NCBI GenBank assembly: GCA_963744995.1
Contig: CAVUWA010000003.1
Location: 96,001-160,000 of the forward strand
Direction: 5' to 3'
Length of the DNA: 64,000 nt
Source: Candidatus Eiseniibacteriota bacterium
Lineage (GTDB): Bacteria > Eisenbacteria > RBG-16-71-46
The position numbers and the translations under genes are program-made. The notes beneath the pieces were generated by a model. It searched no databases and was not told the origin of the DNA. It was given only the letters and a program-made list of their open reading frames with translations. Below, in pieces: positions 1 to 8,245 of this stretch (position 1 is its first letter; each line of letters begins with the position of its first letter).

Positions 1-659
1 TCGAGCACGCAGCGCTCGATCGCGCCCGCGGCGAAGTCGGCGGGCACCGCGTCCACCGCGACGCCGCGGTCGGCGATGAAGATGCCCGTCTGGCCCGTGG
101 CGACGAACACCGCACGCGCGCCGCGCGCGCGCAGCGCGGCTTCGAGCTGCAGGGCGGTGGTCATCTTGCCGACGTTGCAGTCGGTGCCGACGGTGAGCAG
201 CACGTACGGGGCGAGCGTCGCGGTGCGGCCCATCGCGACCGCAAGCGGCCGTGGCGGGCGGCGCACGTCGTGGAGCGTCGCGCCGTGCGCGCGCGCGAGC
301 GCCGCGAACTCGGGATCGTCGGCGAGGAACGCATGCAGACCCGACAGCACGTCCCAGCCGCGCTCGAGCGCGCCGGTGACGACGGCGCGCCAGGCCGCGG
401 GCAGCGTGCCGCCGATCGGCGCGATGCCGATCATCAGGGCGTCGGCGCCGCGGGCCGCGGCTTCGTCGAGCGTGGCCACGACCGGCACTCCGCCGCCGAC
501 GCCGACACAGGCCTCCGCGGTTCGCCCGGCGCGCGTGGAATCCAGGATCGCGCAGACCTCGGCACCGCGATAGCGCAGCACGCCGACCGCGGTCTTCGCA
601 TCAAGCCGCGTGAACTGACCCTCCGCGAGGATCGCGAGCCGCCGTGTCGCGCCCAGCAT
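1..659 (-). CDS. DUF1611-family protein (DgcN-like P-loop N-acetyltransferase), truncated by window edge
   Basis: Not in the ORF track. Manual translation from ATG at 659 gives MLGATRRLAILAEGQFTRLDAKTAVGVLRY...IGIAPIGG...LSGLHAFL...LTVGTDCNVGKMTT...FVATGQTGIFI...DAVPADFAAGAIE, matching DUF1611 motifs. Confidence 0.85.
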   Translation of the reverse strand, partial: MLGATRRLAILAEGQFTRLDAKTAVGVLRYRGAEVCAILDSTRAGRTAEACVGVGGGVPVVATLDEAAARGADALMIGIAPIGGTLPAAWRAVVTGALERGWDVLSGLHAFLADDPEFAALARAHGATLHDVRRPPRPLAVAMGRTATLAPYVLLTVGTDCNVGKMTTALQLEAALRARGARAVFVATGQTGIFIADRGVAVDAVPADFAAGAIERCVL

Positions 660-662
660 CGG

Positions 663-1955
663 TCAGCGCAGCGACTCGTACACCTGGATATAGCGGGATA
701 CCATGTCGTCCACGTCGAAGCGCTCCCGGACCGTGCGGCGCGCCCTGCGGCCCATGGCGCGACGCAGCGGTTCATCCGTGAGGAGTCTCAACACCGAATT
801 CACGAGCCCCGGCACATGGGTCGGCTCGTGCAGGAATCCGGTCCGTCCATGATCGATCACTTCGGGAAGCCCACCCACCGACGAGGCCACCACGGGGACC
901 TCGGCGCTCATGGCTTCCAGCGCCACGAGACCGAAGCTCTCCGAAGAGCTCGGTAGTAAGAAAACATCGGCAAGTGGCAGCAATTCCTCCATGCAATCCT
1001 GATTTCCGAGGAACAGGACGTCACGCTGCACACCGAGCTCACGGGCGAGCTGCTCGGCGCCGGCCTTCTCGGGGCCGTCGCCGATCATGACCAGCTTGCT
1101 GGCGAGGCGCTTTCGGACTTCGGCGAACACCTGAATCACGGCCGGTATGTTCTTGACCGGTCTGAAGTTGGAGGCGTGCATCAGGATTCGGGTGTCGGGC
1201 GGGGCCAGCCGCAGGCCGGTGCGCTTGTGCGGCGTGAACACCTTCGGATCGATGAAGTTGTAGACCACCTCGATCGGCCGGGTGATGCCGAAAGCCTCCT
1301 CGGCCCGTTCCTTGAGGAACCGGCTCACGGCCGTGATCCGGTCGCTGGACTGGATGCTGAACTGGGTCACCCGGAAGAACGCCGGCTCCATGCCGACCAC
1401 CGTGATGTCCGTGCCGTGCAGCGTGGTGACCACGCCGAGCTGGCGCGGCAGCAGCAGCTGGCGCGCGAGGTAGGCGCTCGCCGCGAACGGCATCGCGTAG
1501 TGGACGTGCAGCAGGTCCAGGTCGTAGTTCTCGACGACCTCCACCATCTTGGTCGTGAGGGCCAGGTTGTACGGCGTCTGCTCGAACACCGGATACGTCG
1601 CCGGCGTGACCTCGTGGAAGTAGATGTTCGTCTCGAACCCGCGCAGCCGGAACGGCAGGCGGCTGGCGATGAAATGCACCTCATAGCCCCGCTTCGCGAG
1701 CGCGAGCCCCAGCTCGGTCGCGACCACGCCGCTGCCGCCGAAGTGCGAGTAGCAGGTGATGCCGATGCGCCGCGGGTGGCGCGGTAGCGACGCACGCGCC
1801 GGCTTCGCGGCGGCCCGGCCGGCGGACCGTTTCGCCGCGGGCCGGCCCGCCCGTGCGGAGTCCGGCGCCGGCTTCGTGGTGCGCCCGGCGCGGGGCTTCG
1901 GCGCGGCGCGCGATTTCGCCGTGCCACGCCCCGCCTTCTTCTTCGAGGCGCTCAT
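663..1955 (-). CDS. bshA: N-acetyl-alpha-D-glucosaminyl L-malate synthase (GT4)
   Basis: IGITCYSHFGGSGVVATELG, LHVHYAMP, TTLHGTDIT, HASNFRPVK, ESFGLVALEAM. ATG at 1955 overlaps the bshB1 stop (ATGA). Confidence 0.93.
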   Translation of the reverse strand: MSASKKKAGRGTAKSRAAPKPRAGRTTKPAPDSARAGRPAAKRSAGRAAAKPARASLPRHPRRIGITCYSHFGGSGVVATELGLALAKRGYEVHFIASRLPFRLRGFETNIYFHEVTPATYPVFEQTPYNLALTTKMVEVVENYDLDLLHVHYAMPFAASAYLARQLLLPRQLGVVTTLHGTDITVVGMEPAFFRVTQFSIQSSDRITAVSRFLKERAEEAFGITRPIEVVYNFIDPKVFTPHKRTGLRLAPPDTRILMHASNFRPVKNIPAVIQVFAEVRKRLASKLVMIGDGPEKAGAEQLARELGVQRDVLFLGNQDCMEELLPLADVFLLPSSSESFGLVALEAMSAEVPVVASSVGGLPEVIDHGRTGFLHEPTHVPGLVNSVLRLLTDEPLRRAMGRRARRTVRERFDVDDMVSRYIQVYESLR

Positions 1956-2677
1956 CCCTCCCCCTGCGCCCGGCCGTGCTGGAGCAACGCGCGCGCGTCG
2001 GTCACCGGCACCGGCCCGCGCACGCGGAATGCCTCGCCGAAGCGGACCCCGATCGCGGCGCCCCAGGCGCGCGCGCGGGCCTCGACTTCCTCGAGGAACC
2101 CGGGTGCGGTCAGATAGGTCGCCGGTCCGTCCGCCGCCGCGTCGAGCTGGCTGTGGTGCGCTCGCAGCGCCTCCATGCGCCGCTCCCACACGCTCGACAC
2201 GTCCAGCACCAGGTCCGGTGCGCGCGTCGTGCGGTAGAGCGCGTGGATCAACCGCTCCGGGCGGAATCGCTCTCCCGGCGCGTCGGACTTCGCCAGCCCG
2301 GACAGATAGCAGGCCCGGGTGATGAGATGCGCGGCTTCGATGTGATCGGGATGCGGGTCATCGGGATCGGGCGCCACCACCAGCTGCGGGCGGTGGCGCC
2401 GCAGGCAGGCCGCGACCGCGCGCTGCTGTACCTGGTCACTGCGCAGGATGCCGAGGTCCGGCAGGCCCAGATTTTCGCGCTCCACGCCGAGAATCGTCGC
2501 CGCCGCCTGGGCCTCCTGGTGCCGCGTCTCGACGAGGCCGCGGCTGCCGCCCTCGCCGCGCGTGAGATCGACGACCACGACGCGGTGGCCATGCGAGGCG
2601 AGCAGCGCGGCCAGCCCGCCGCAGGTGAGCTCGACGTCGTCCGGATGCGGCCCGAACAACACCGCGTCGGCGTTCAC
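1952..2677 (-). CDS. bshB1: Bacillithiol biosynthesis deacetylase (PIG-L/LmbE family)
   Basis: HPDDVELTCGG, DLTRGEGGSRG, HPDH, AHHSQ. GTG start overlaps the bshC stop (GTGA). Confidence 0.9.
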   Translation of the reverse strand: MNADAVLFGPHPDDVELTCGGLAALLASHGHRVVVVDLTRGEGGSRGLVETRHQEAQAAATILGVERENLGLPDLGILRSDQVQQRAVAACLRRHRPQLVVAPDPDDPHPDHIEAAHLITRACYLSGLAKSDAPGERFRPERLIHALYRTTRAPDLVLDVSSVWERRMEALRAHHSQLDAAADGPATYLTAPGFLEEVEARARAWGAAIGVRFGEAFRVRGPVPVTDARALLQHGRAQGEG

Positions 2678-4287
2678 AGGTCCACCACCACGTGCTCGAG
2701 CCGTCCATCCTCGAGCGCGGCGGCATGGGCTTCGGCGAGCGCGCACATCTGCCCCGTCGTCTCGCGACCGCGGTGCGCCAGCGGTTCGAGCGACGCGATG
2801 CGCCTTTCCTGCGGCTTGTCGCCGGGCATCAGGTAGTACCGCAGCCGCAGCCACTCCGGGTGCTCGCGCTCGAGCTGGTGCCGCGTCTTGCCGACCACGC
2901 CCTCGCGCAGGCGCTGGAACTGGTAGTCGATCTTGCCGCGCGCCGAGCCGACCATCTGCGGCAGGCTCGCGTCGACCTCTTTCGACAGATCGGCGAAGCG
3001 CTCGAGCGCGGCGAGCGTCTCGGATTGCGCGCTCGCGAGAGCGTCGTGCACCGCGCCCGGGACCTGCGCTTCCGCGTAATCGCGGATCACCGCATCGGTG
3101 GCGGCGATCACCGCGCCGGGGTCGGCGCCGGACGCCTCCAGCAGCTCGCGCGCCGCCGCCGGAAACCAGGTGGCCGAGAAGCGCGGCACCGGGCAGGCCG
3201 GCCGCACCTCGAGCCCTTCGAACACCTCTCGCAGCTGCGCCAGGTAACCGGCTTCGCCGGGACCGACCGCCATCGCCACGGTGGGCAGCACGCCGTCCTG
3301 TACCGCCGCGCGCAGCGCGACGTTGGGCGTGAGCACCGCCTGCCGCGCCTCGGCGGGGCCGATCTTGTGGCGCGTCGCGCCCTCGACGCGGAACACGAAC
3401 GATTCCAGCGTCGCGTCGTTGAGCGGCCGCCGTCCGGCCAGGCGTTCGACCGCGTCACCGCCGGCCCGCGCGGCCGCGTGCAGCGCATCGGGTTGGTCGA
3501 GGTAGCGGTCGATCACCGTGCGCGCCGCCTCGCGGAACGCCGGCAGACGCGGGTCGATGACCACGATGCCCTCGGCGCCGAACGCGTCGAGCACCAGCGC
3601 ACTCACCGCATCGCCGAGATCGCGCGCCCGACGCCGTGTGCGCGCCAGCAATTCACGCACGGCCCCGACGCCCGGCAGCCCTTCCCAGCACGCGAGGGCC
3701 TCGGCTTCGAGCGCCGCCAGCGCATCCACCGGCAGATGGCCGATCATGCCGCCGTCGGACTGCAGCGACCTGGGCAGGGCGAGGTCGTGCAGCGCCAGCC
3801 CCGGATCGGCGATCGTGGCCGAATGGATCTCGTCGAAGTCGGAGTCCTCACCGTGCATCCAGTACGCGGCCACGCACGGCATCCCGGTGCGGGCCTCGTA
3901 GCGGCGCGCCATGCCGATCGCGGCGGCGATCTTGTGGAACGAATACAGCGGGCCGCCGAGGGGCGCCGGCTGCTGGCCGGAGATCGTGCAGACCGCGCGT
4001 CCCTCGGCGAGCGCGGCGAGGGCGCCGAGGCTGGCGTCGGAGGCGCCGAGGCGCCGGTGCTCGGCCTCGAGCGCGCTCGCCAGCGCCGCGGGCAGCGGGC
4101 GGCGCTTGGCCTCGCCGAGCGCAGCGAGTGCCGCCGTATCGGCCCAGCGGGTCGCGAACCGCTCCTGCGCCAGCGGCCCGCCGCGGGCGACGTCGGCGAG
4201 CAGCGCGTCGTGGAGCCGCGCGAGGGGCGGCTCGGGCGTGGGGACGAGGCGCACGCGCACCGCGGGAAGCGTGGTCACGAGAGCCAC
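2674..4287 (-). CDS. bshC: Bacillithiol biosynthesis cysteine-adding enzyme
   Basis: SGQQPAPLGGPLYSFHK, WMHGEDSDFDE, PNVALR, GPGEAGYLAQL, PQER; adjacent to bshB1 and bshA. Confidence 0.9.
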   Translation of the reverse strand: MALVTTLPAVRVRLVPTPEPPLARLHDALLADVARGGPLAQERFATRWADTAALAALGEAKRRPLPAALASALEAEHRRLGASDASLGALAALAEGRAVCTISGQQPAPLGGPLYSFHKIAAAIGMARRYEARTGMPCVAAYWMHGEDSDFDEIHSATIADPGLALHDLALPRSLQSDGGMIGHLPVDALAALEAEALACWEGLPGVGAVRELLARTRRRARDLGDAVSALVLDAFGAEGIVVIDPRLPAFREAARTVIDRYLDQPDALHAAARAGGDAVERLAGRRPLNDATLESFVFRVEGATRHKIGPAEARQAVLTPNVALRAAVQDGVLPTVAMAVGPGEAGYLAQLREVFEGLEVRPACPVPRFSATWFPAAARELLEASGADPGAVIAATDAVIRDYAEAQVPGAVHDALASAQSETLAALERFADLSKEVDASLPQMVGSARGKIDYQFQRLREGVVGKTRHQLEREHPEWLRLRYYLMPGDKPQERRIASLEPLAHRGRETTGQMCALAEAHAAALEDGRLEHVVVDL

Positions 4288-4368
4288 GGTGCCCGTAAGG
4301 ACCGGCGTGGGAGGTGATGGGCGGCGCGCGGAAGGGAGCGTGACACGAGACCGTGCATGGGAGCAGGC

Positions 4369-4398
4369 ATCTTAGGGACCGGCCCGGAGGAGGGTCAA
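4369..4398 (-). promoter_or_regulatory. sigma70-type promoter of the bsh operon
   Basis: TTGACC-18 nt-TAAGAT on the minus strand, about 80 nt upstream of bshC. Confidence 0.6.
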
Positions 4399-4454
4399 AC
4401 GGGGCATGCGGCCGGCCCCGCCCAGGCCCCCCCCGCGCGCGCCGCCCCCGGCCC

Positions 4455-5093
4455 TCAGCCCCGGCGCGCAGGCCGGTGCGACGCGCGGCGCGTCGGGCCG
4501 AACGCGGCGCGCCAGGCACGGTCGCAGGCGGCGCGCCCGCGCGCCCCCGCCGCCGCGCGCCCGATGCGGAAGGCCAGACGGATGTCGCCGCGGGCCGCAC
4601 CGCAGCGCGCGGCCCCGAGCAGGTGGCTGTGCAGCTGGCGCGTCCAGCCGGTCGCGGCGAGCACGGCGACCGCAGACAGCTCGCGCTGCTTCATGCCGAG
4701 TCCGCCACGCGACAGCACGCGGCCGTAGCCCTGCTCGACCATCCACAGCGCGAGGTCGGGATGGAGCCGCCTCGCCGTGGCGAGCAGCTTCGGGAAGACC
4801 GGTCCGTACACGCGCCGGCAGAGCGCGGCGCCCGCCCGCCGCCAGTCGCGCAGGCCGCCCTCGCGCCTGCGCCGTGCGCGACCGGGCCAGACCCGGCCCA
4901 GCACGCGCAGCCCTTCGAGCGCCGCCGGGTAGCCGGCGTACAGCATCAGCATGAGCGCCGTCTCCTCGGCCGCGGCGCGCGGCCAGCCGGCACGGCGCGC
5001 ATCCGCGAGCCCGCGCGCCGCGGCGCGCTCGCGCCCCGTGGCCATCGCCGCCGCATAGCGCAGCAGCCCGCGCGGCGACCGCGGCTCAGCCAC
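4455..5093 (-). CDS. Carboxymuconolactone decarboxylase (CMD/AhpD-like) family protein
   Basis: EETALMLMLYAGYPAA, YGRVLSRGGLGMKQREL, QLHSHLLGAARCG; start overlaps the murJ stop. Confidence 0.75.
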   Translation of the reverse strand: MAEPRSPRGLLRYAAAMATGRERAAARGLADARRAGWPRAAAEETALMLMLYAGYPAALEGLRVLGRVWPGRARRRREGGLRDWRRAGAALCRRVYGPVFPKLLATARRLHPDLALWMVEQGYGRVLSRGGLGMKQRELSAVAVLAATGWTRQLHSHLLGAARCGAARGDIRLAFRIGRAAAGARGRAACDRAWRAAFGPTRRASHRPARRG

Positions 5094-6714
5094 GGCGCCC
5101 GCCGTCGTCGTCGCCCGGACGCATGCGTCGCATCAGGCCGCGGGCGAGATCGGTGAGCGCCGAGAGTTCTTCGACCCGCAGCACGCGCAGGGCCGCGTAG
5201 GTGAGTCCGGTCATCACCGCGAACGAGCCGGCCACGGTCACCGCCTCGGCGAAGAACCCGCGATGCCACGCGGTGCCCGCCGCGCGCAGTCCGGCGCCGA
5301 CGACCAGGGCGGCGAGCCCGGCGGCGGCGGCGATGCGCAGGGTGGTCGTCAGCGTCGCGCGGAACGCGAAGGCGCCGATGCGGCGGCGCAGGTAGAGCAG
5401 CAGCTGCACCAGCGAGAACATGCTGGTGAGCGCCGTCGCCAGGGCGAGACCGGCGTGGCCCATCGGCCGCATGAGGGCGAGGTTCAGCACCAGGTTGAGC
5501 GCCACGGAGGCGAAGCTCACCTTGACGGGCGTCTTCGTGTCGCCCATCGCGTAGAAGGCGCGCGACACGATCCCCACCGCCGCGAACGCCGGCAACCCGA
5601 TGCAGTACATGATCAGCGCGATCGCCGTGCGGTCCGTGTCCCCGGCCGAGAAGCGACCGTGTTCGTAGAGCAGCGCGATGATCGGCGTGCTGGTCACCGC
5701 CAGCCACAGCGCCGCCGGGATCGTGAGCAGGAACACCAGCCGCAGCGTCGCGGTAAAGGTGCGCTTGAGGAGCGGCATGTCGTCGGCCACCGCGGCCCGC
5801 GACAGCGCAGGCAGGCTCACGGTGGCGAGCGCCACGCCGAAGACGCCGATCGGCAACTGCATCAGCCGGTACGCGTACCAGAGCCACGACACGCTGCCCT
5901 GCGCGAGCATGCTGGCGATGATCGTGGTGACCATCAGGTTGAGCTGGGTCGCGGCGAGGCCGATGGTCGCCGGCAGCATCAGCCCGCCGACGCGGCGGAC
6001 CCCCTCCGAGAACAGCGGCCGCACCAGACGCAGCCGGAAGCCGAGGCCGAATAGAGAAGGCAGCTGGAACAGCAGCTGCACGATGCCCCCGGCGAGCACG
6101 CCGATCGCCATCGCCACGATCGCCGGCTGCCCGGCGCGCCGCATCACCGGGATGAGGCCGACCCCGACCACGATCATGCCGAGGTTCAGCAGGCTCGGCG
6201 CGAGGGCGGGAATCGCGAAGCGGCCGCGGGCGTTGAGCATGCCCATGCACGCCGCGGCGAGGGCGACCGCGGGCAGGAACGGCAGCATGATCCGCGTGAG
6301 CCATACCGTGAGGCCCAGCTTGCCCGGCACCTCGCCGAAACCGGGGGCGAATACCGGCACGATCCACGGCGCGGCCAGCCAGCCGACCAGCACGACGGCC
6401 GCGAGCACCATCGACAGCGCGAGGAAGACCTGCGCGCCGAGTTCCCACGCCGCCTGCGTGCCGCGCTTCTCGTGGTACTCGGTGAAGGTCGGCACGAACG
6501 CGGCCGACATCGCCCCCTCCGCGAACAGATCGCGCAGCAGGTTCGGGATCCTGAACGCGACGTTGAAGGCGTCGGTCGCGAAACCGGCTCCGAAGAACGT
6601 GGCCATCACCTGTTCACGCACCAGTCCCAGCACGCGGGACAGCAGCGTCGCCGCGCCCACCGTGCCGGCCGAGCGGGCGACCTGGCGGGCCTCGCTCACC
6701 GTGCGCCTCCGCAT
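5086..6714 (-). CDS. murJ: Lipid II flippase MurJ (MviN); start may be GTG at 6699
   Basis: SRVLGLVRE, DAFNVAFRIPNLLRDLFAEGAMSAAFVP, YRLMQLPIG, FYAMGDTKTP; many TM segments. Confidence 0.95.
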   Translation of the reverse strand: MRRRTVSEARQVARSAGTVGAATLLSRVLGLVREQVMATFFGAGFATDAFNVAFRIPNLLRDLFAEGAMSAAFVPTFTEYHEKRGTQAAWELGAQVFLALSMVLAAVVLVGWLAAPWIVPVFAPGFGEVPGKLGLTVWLTRIMLPFLPAVALAAACMGMLNARGRFAIPALAPSLLNLGMIVVGVGLIPVMRRAGQPAIVAMAIGVLAGGIVQLLFQLPSLFGLGFRLRLVRPLFSEGVRRVGGLMLPATIGLAATQLNLMVTTIIASMLAQGSVSWLWYAYRLMQLPIGVFGVALATVSLPALSRAAVADDMPLLKRTFTATLRLVFLLTIPAALWLAVTSTPIIALLYEHGRFSAGDTDRTAIALIMYCIGLPAFAAVGIVSRAFYAMGDTKTPVKVSFASVALNLVLNLALMRPMGHAGLALATALTSMFSLVQLLLYLRRRIGAFAFRATLTTTLRIAAAAGLAALVVGAGLRAAGTAWHRGFFAEAVTVAGSFAVMTGLTYAALRVLRVEELSALTDLARGLMRRMRPGDDDGGRRG

Positions 6715-6728
6715 TCCGCCGTTGGCCG

Positions 6729-6757
6729 TTGCCGCTTCGCGACGCGCGTGCTAGCGT
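6729..6757 (+). promoter_or_regulatory. sigma70-type promoter with extended -10 for uppP (near-leaderless)
   Basis: TTGCCG-17 nt-(TG-C)TAGCGT, ending 8 nt before ATG 6766; no Shine-Dalgarno. Confidence 0.5.
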
Positions 6758-6765
6758 GCCCGCCC

Positions 6766-7557
6766 ATGTCGCCACTGCACGCTGCGCTGCTCGGTGCGAT
6801 CCAGGGCATCACGGAGTTCCTGCCGATTTCGAGCAGCGCCCACCTCTTCGTCGTGCCCACGCTCTTCGGCTGGCCGTACGCAGGGGTCGAATTCGACGTC
6901 GCGCTGCACTGGGGCACCCTCTTCGCCCTGCTGATCGCGTTCTGGCGCGACTGGTGGGAACTGGTTCGGCGACTGTTCGACCCGGAAGACCGCGTGCGTC
7001 GCGAAACGCTCGGCATCTGGGTGCGGCTCGCCGCGGCCTCGGTGCCGGCCGCGATCGTGGGCGTGTTCCTCCAAGGCTCGGCCGAGGCCCATCTGCGCGC
7101 GCTGCCGATCCAGGCCGCGATGCTGGCGATCTTCGGCTTCCTGCTCTGGTGGGTGGACCGTTTCCGTCCCAGCGGCGCGAAGTCGTTCGTGCCCGGCTGG
7201 GGCGCGTGCATGCTGATCGGCGCGGCGCAGGCGCTCGCGCTGGTGCCGGGGGTCTCGCGCTCCGGCGTGACGATCACCGCCGGGCGCGCGGCGGGTCTCG
7301 ACCGCCTGTCGTCGACGCGCTTCTCGTTCCTGCTCGGCACGCCGATCATGATCGGCGCCGGGCTGCTCGAGCTGCGGCACGCGCCGCCCGGAATCTTCAC
7401 CCCCGTCGTCGGCCTCGGCGTGCTGACCTCGGCCGCGTTCGGACTCCTCGCCATCCGTGGCCTCATTCGCTGGGTGTCCCGCGCCGGCTTCGGCGCGTTC
7501 TTCGGCTACCGTGTGGCGCTGGCCGCGGTGCTCCTGTTCGCGTTCGCCTCACACTGA
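6766..7557 (+). CDS. uppP: Undecaprenyl-diphosphate phosphatase (BacA)
   Basis: LGAIQGITEFLPISSSAHL, ALHWGT, PGVSRSGVTI, RFSFLL. Confidence 0.95.
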   Translation: MSPLHAALLGAIQGITEFLPISSSAHLFVVPTLFGWPYAGVEFDVALHWGTLFALLIAFWRDWWELVRRLFDPEDRVRRETLGIWVRLAAASVPAAIVGVFLQGSAEAHLRALPIQAAMLAIFGFLLWWVDRFRPSGAKSFVPGWGACMLIGAAQALALVPGVSRSGVTITAGRAAGLDRLSSTRFSFLLGTPIMIGAGLLELRHAPPGIFTPVVGLGVLTSAAFGLLAIRGLIRWVSRAGFGAFFGYRVALAAVLLFAFASH

Positions 7558-7582
7558 CATCGGCGCGGCGGCGCGCCGTGCG

Positions 7583-8245
7583 CTATTTCGAGCGTTCCTT
7601 GCGCGTGAGACGGTCGCGGAAGTAGCGGTCGAGCCAGTCGCGCAGCGAGCGGCGCGCGCGATGCAGGCGGGACTTCACCGCCGCCACCGTCAGGCCGAGC
7701 ACCTCGGCCACTTCGGCGTTCGACATGTCCTGCACGTCGCGCAGCACGAACACGGTGCGCAGCTCCTCGGGGAGCCGCTGGATGCCCTCGGCCATCACCT
7801 CGCGCGTTTCCGTGTCGAGCAGGTCCTGCGCCGGTTGCTGGCTCCAGTCCGGCAGCTGCATGGTCTCGGAGTTCTCGTTGGCGCTCTGCGACTGCTCGAG
7901 CGAGATGTGCCCGTCGCGGCGCTTGCGGTACTTCATGAGGCTCGCATTGGTCGCGATCCGGTAGAGCCAGGTCGAGAACGTGGATTCGGCCTTGAAGTTC
8001 TTGAGCCCGCGGAACGCCGAAAGGAACGCATCCTGCAGCGCCTCGGAGGCGTCGTCCTCGTGGCGCAGGATCTTGAAGCACAGGCGGTAGACCTTGTCCT
8101 GGTAGCGCCGGACCAGCTCGTCGAAGCCACGCGTGTCCCCGGCCTGCGCGAGCTTCACGAGCTCGGCGTCGGGCAGCGCGTTGACTTCCCGCGACGGCAT
8201 CGCCACCGGGTCCGCTTTCGCCTGATCCGCCTTCCGGCCCGTCAT
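7583..8245 (-). CDS. ECF (RpoE-like) RNA polymerase sigma factor
   Basis: Region 2: ELVRRYQDKVY...DASEALQDAF...FSTWLYRIATN. Region 4: LPEELRTVFVLRD...EVAEVLG...VKSRLHRAR. ATG 8245 overlaps the upstream stop. Confidence 0.92.
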   Translation of the reverse strand: MTGRKADQAKADPVAMPSREVNALPDAELVKLAQAGDTRGFDELVRRYQDKVYRLCFKILRHEDDASEALQDAFLSAFRGLKNFKAESTFSTWLYRIATNASLMKYRKRRDGHISLEQSQSANENSETMQLPDWSQQPAQDLLDTETREVMAEGIQRLPEELRTVFVLRDVQDMSNAEVAEVLGLTVAAVKSRLHRARRSLRDWLDRYFRDRLTRKERSK

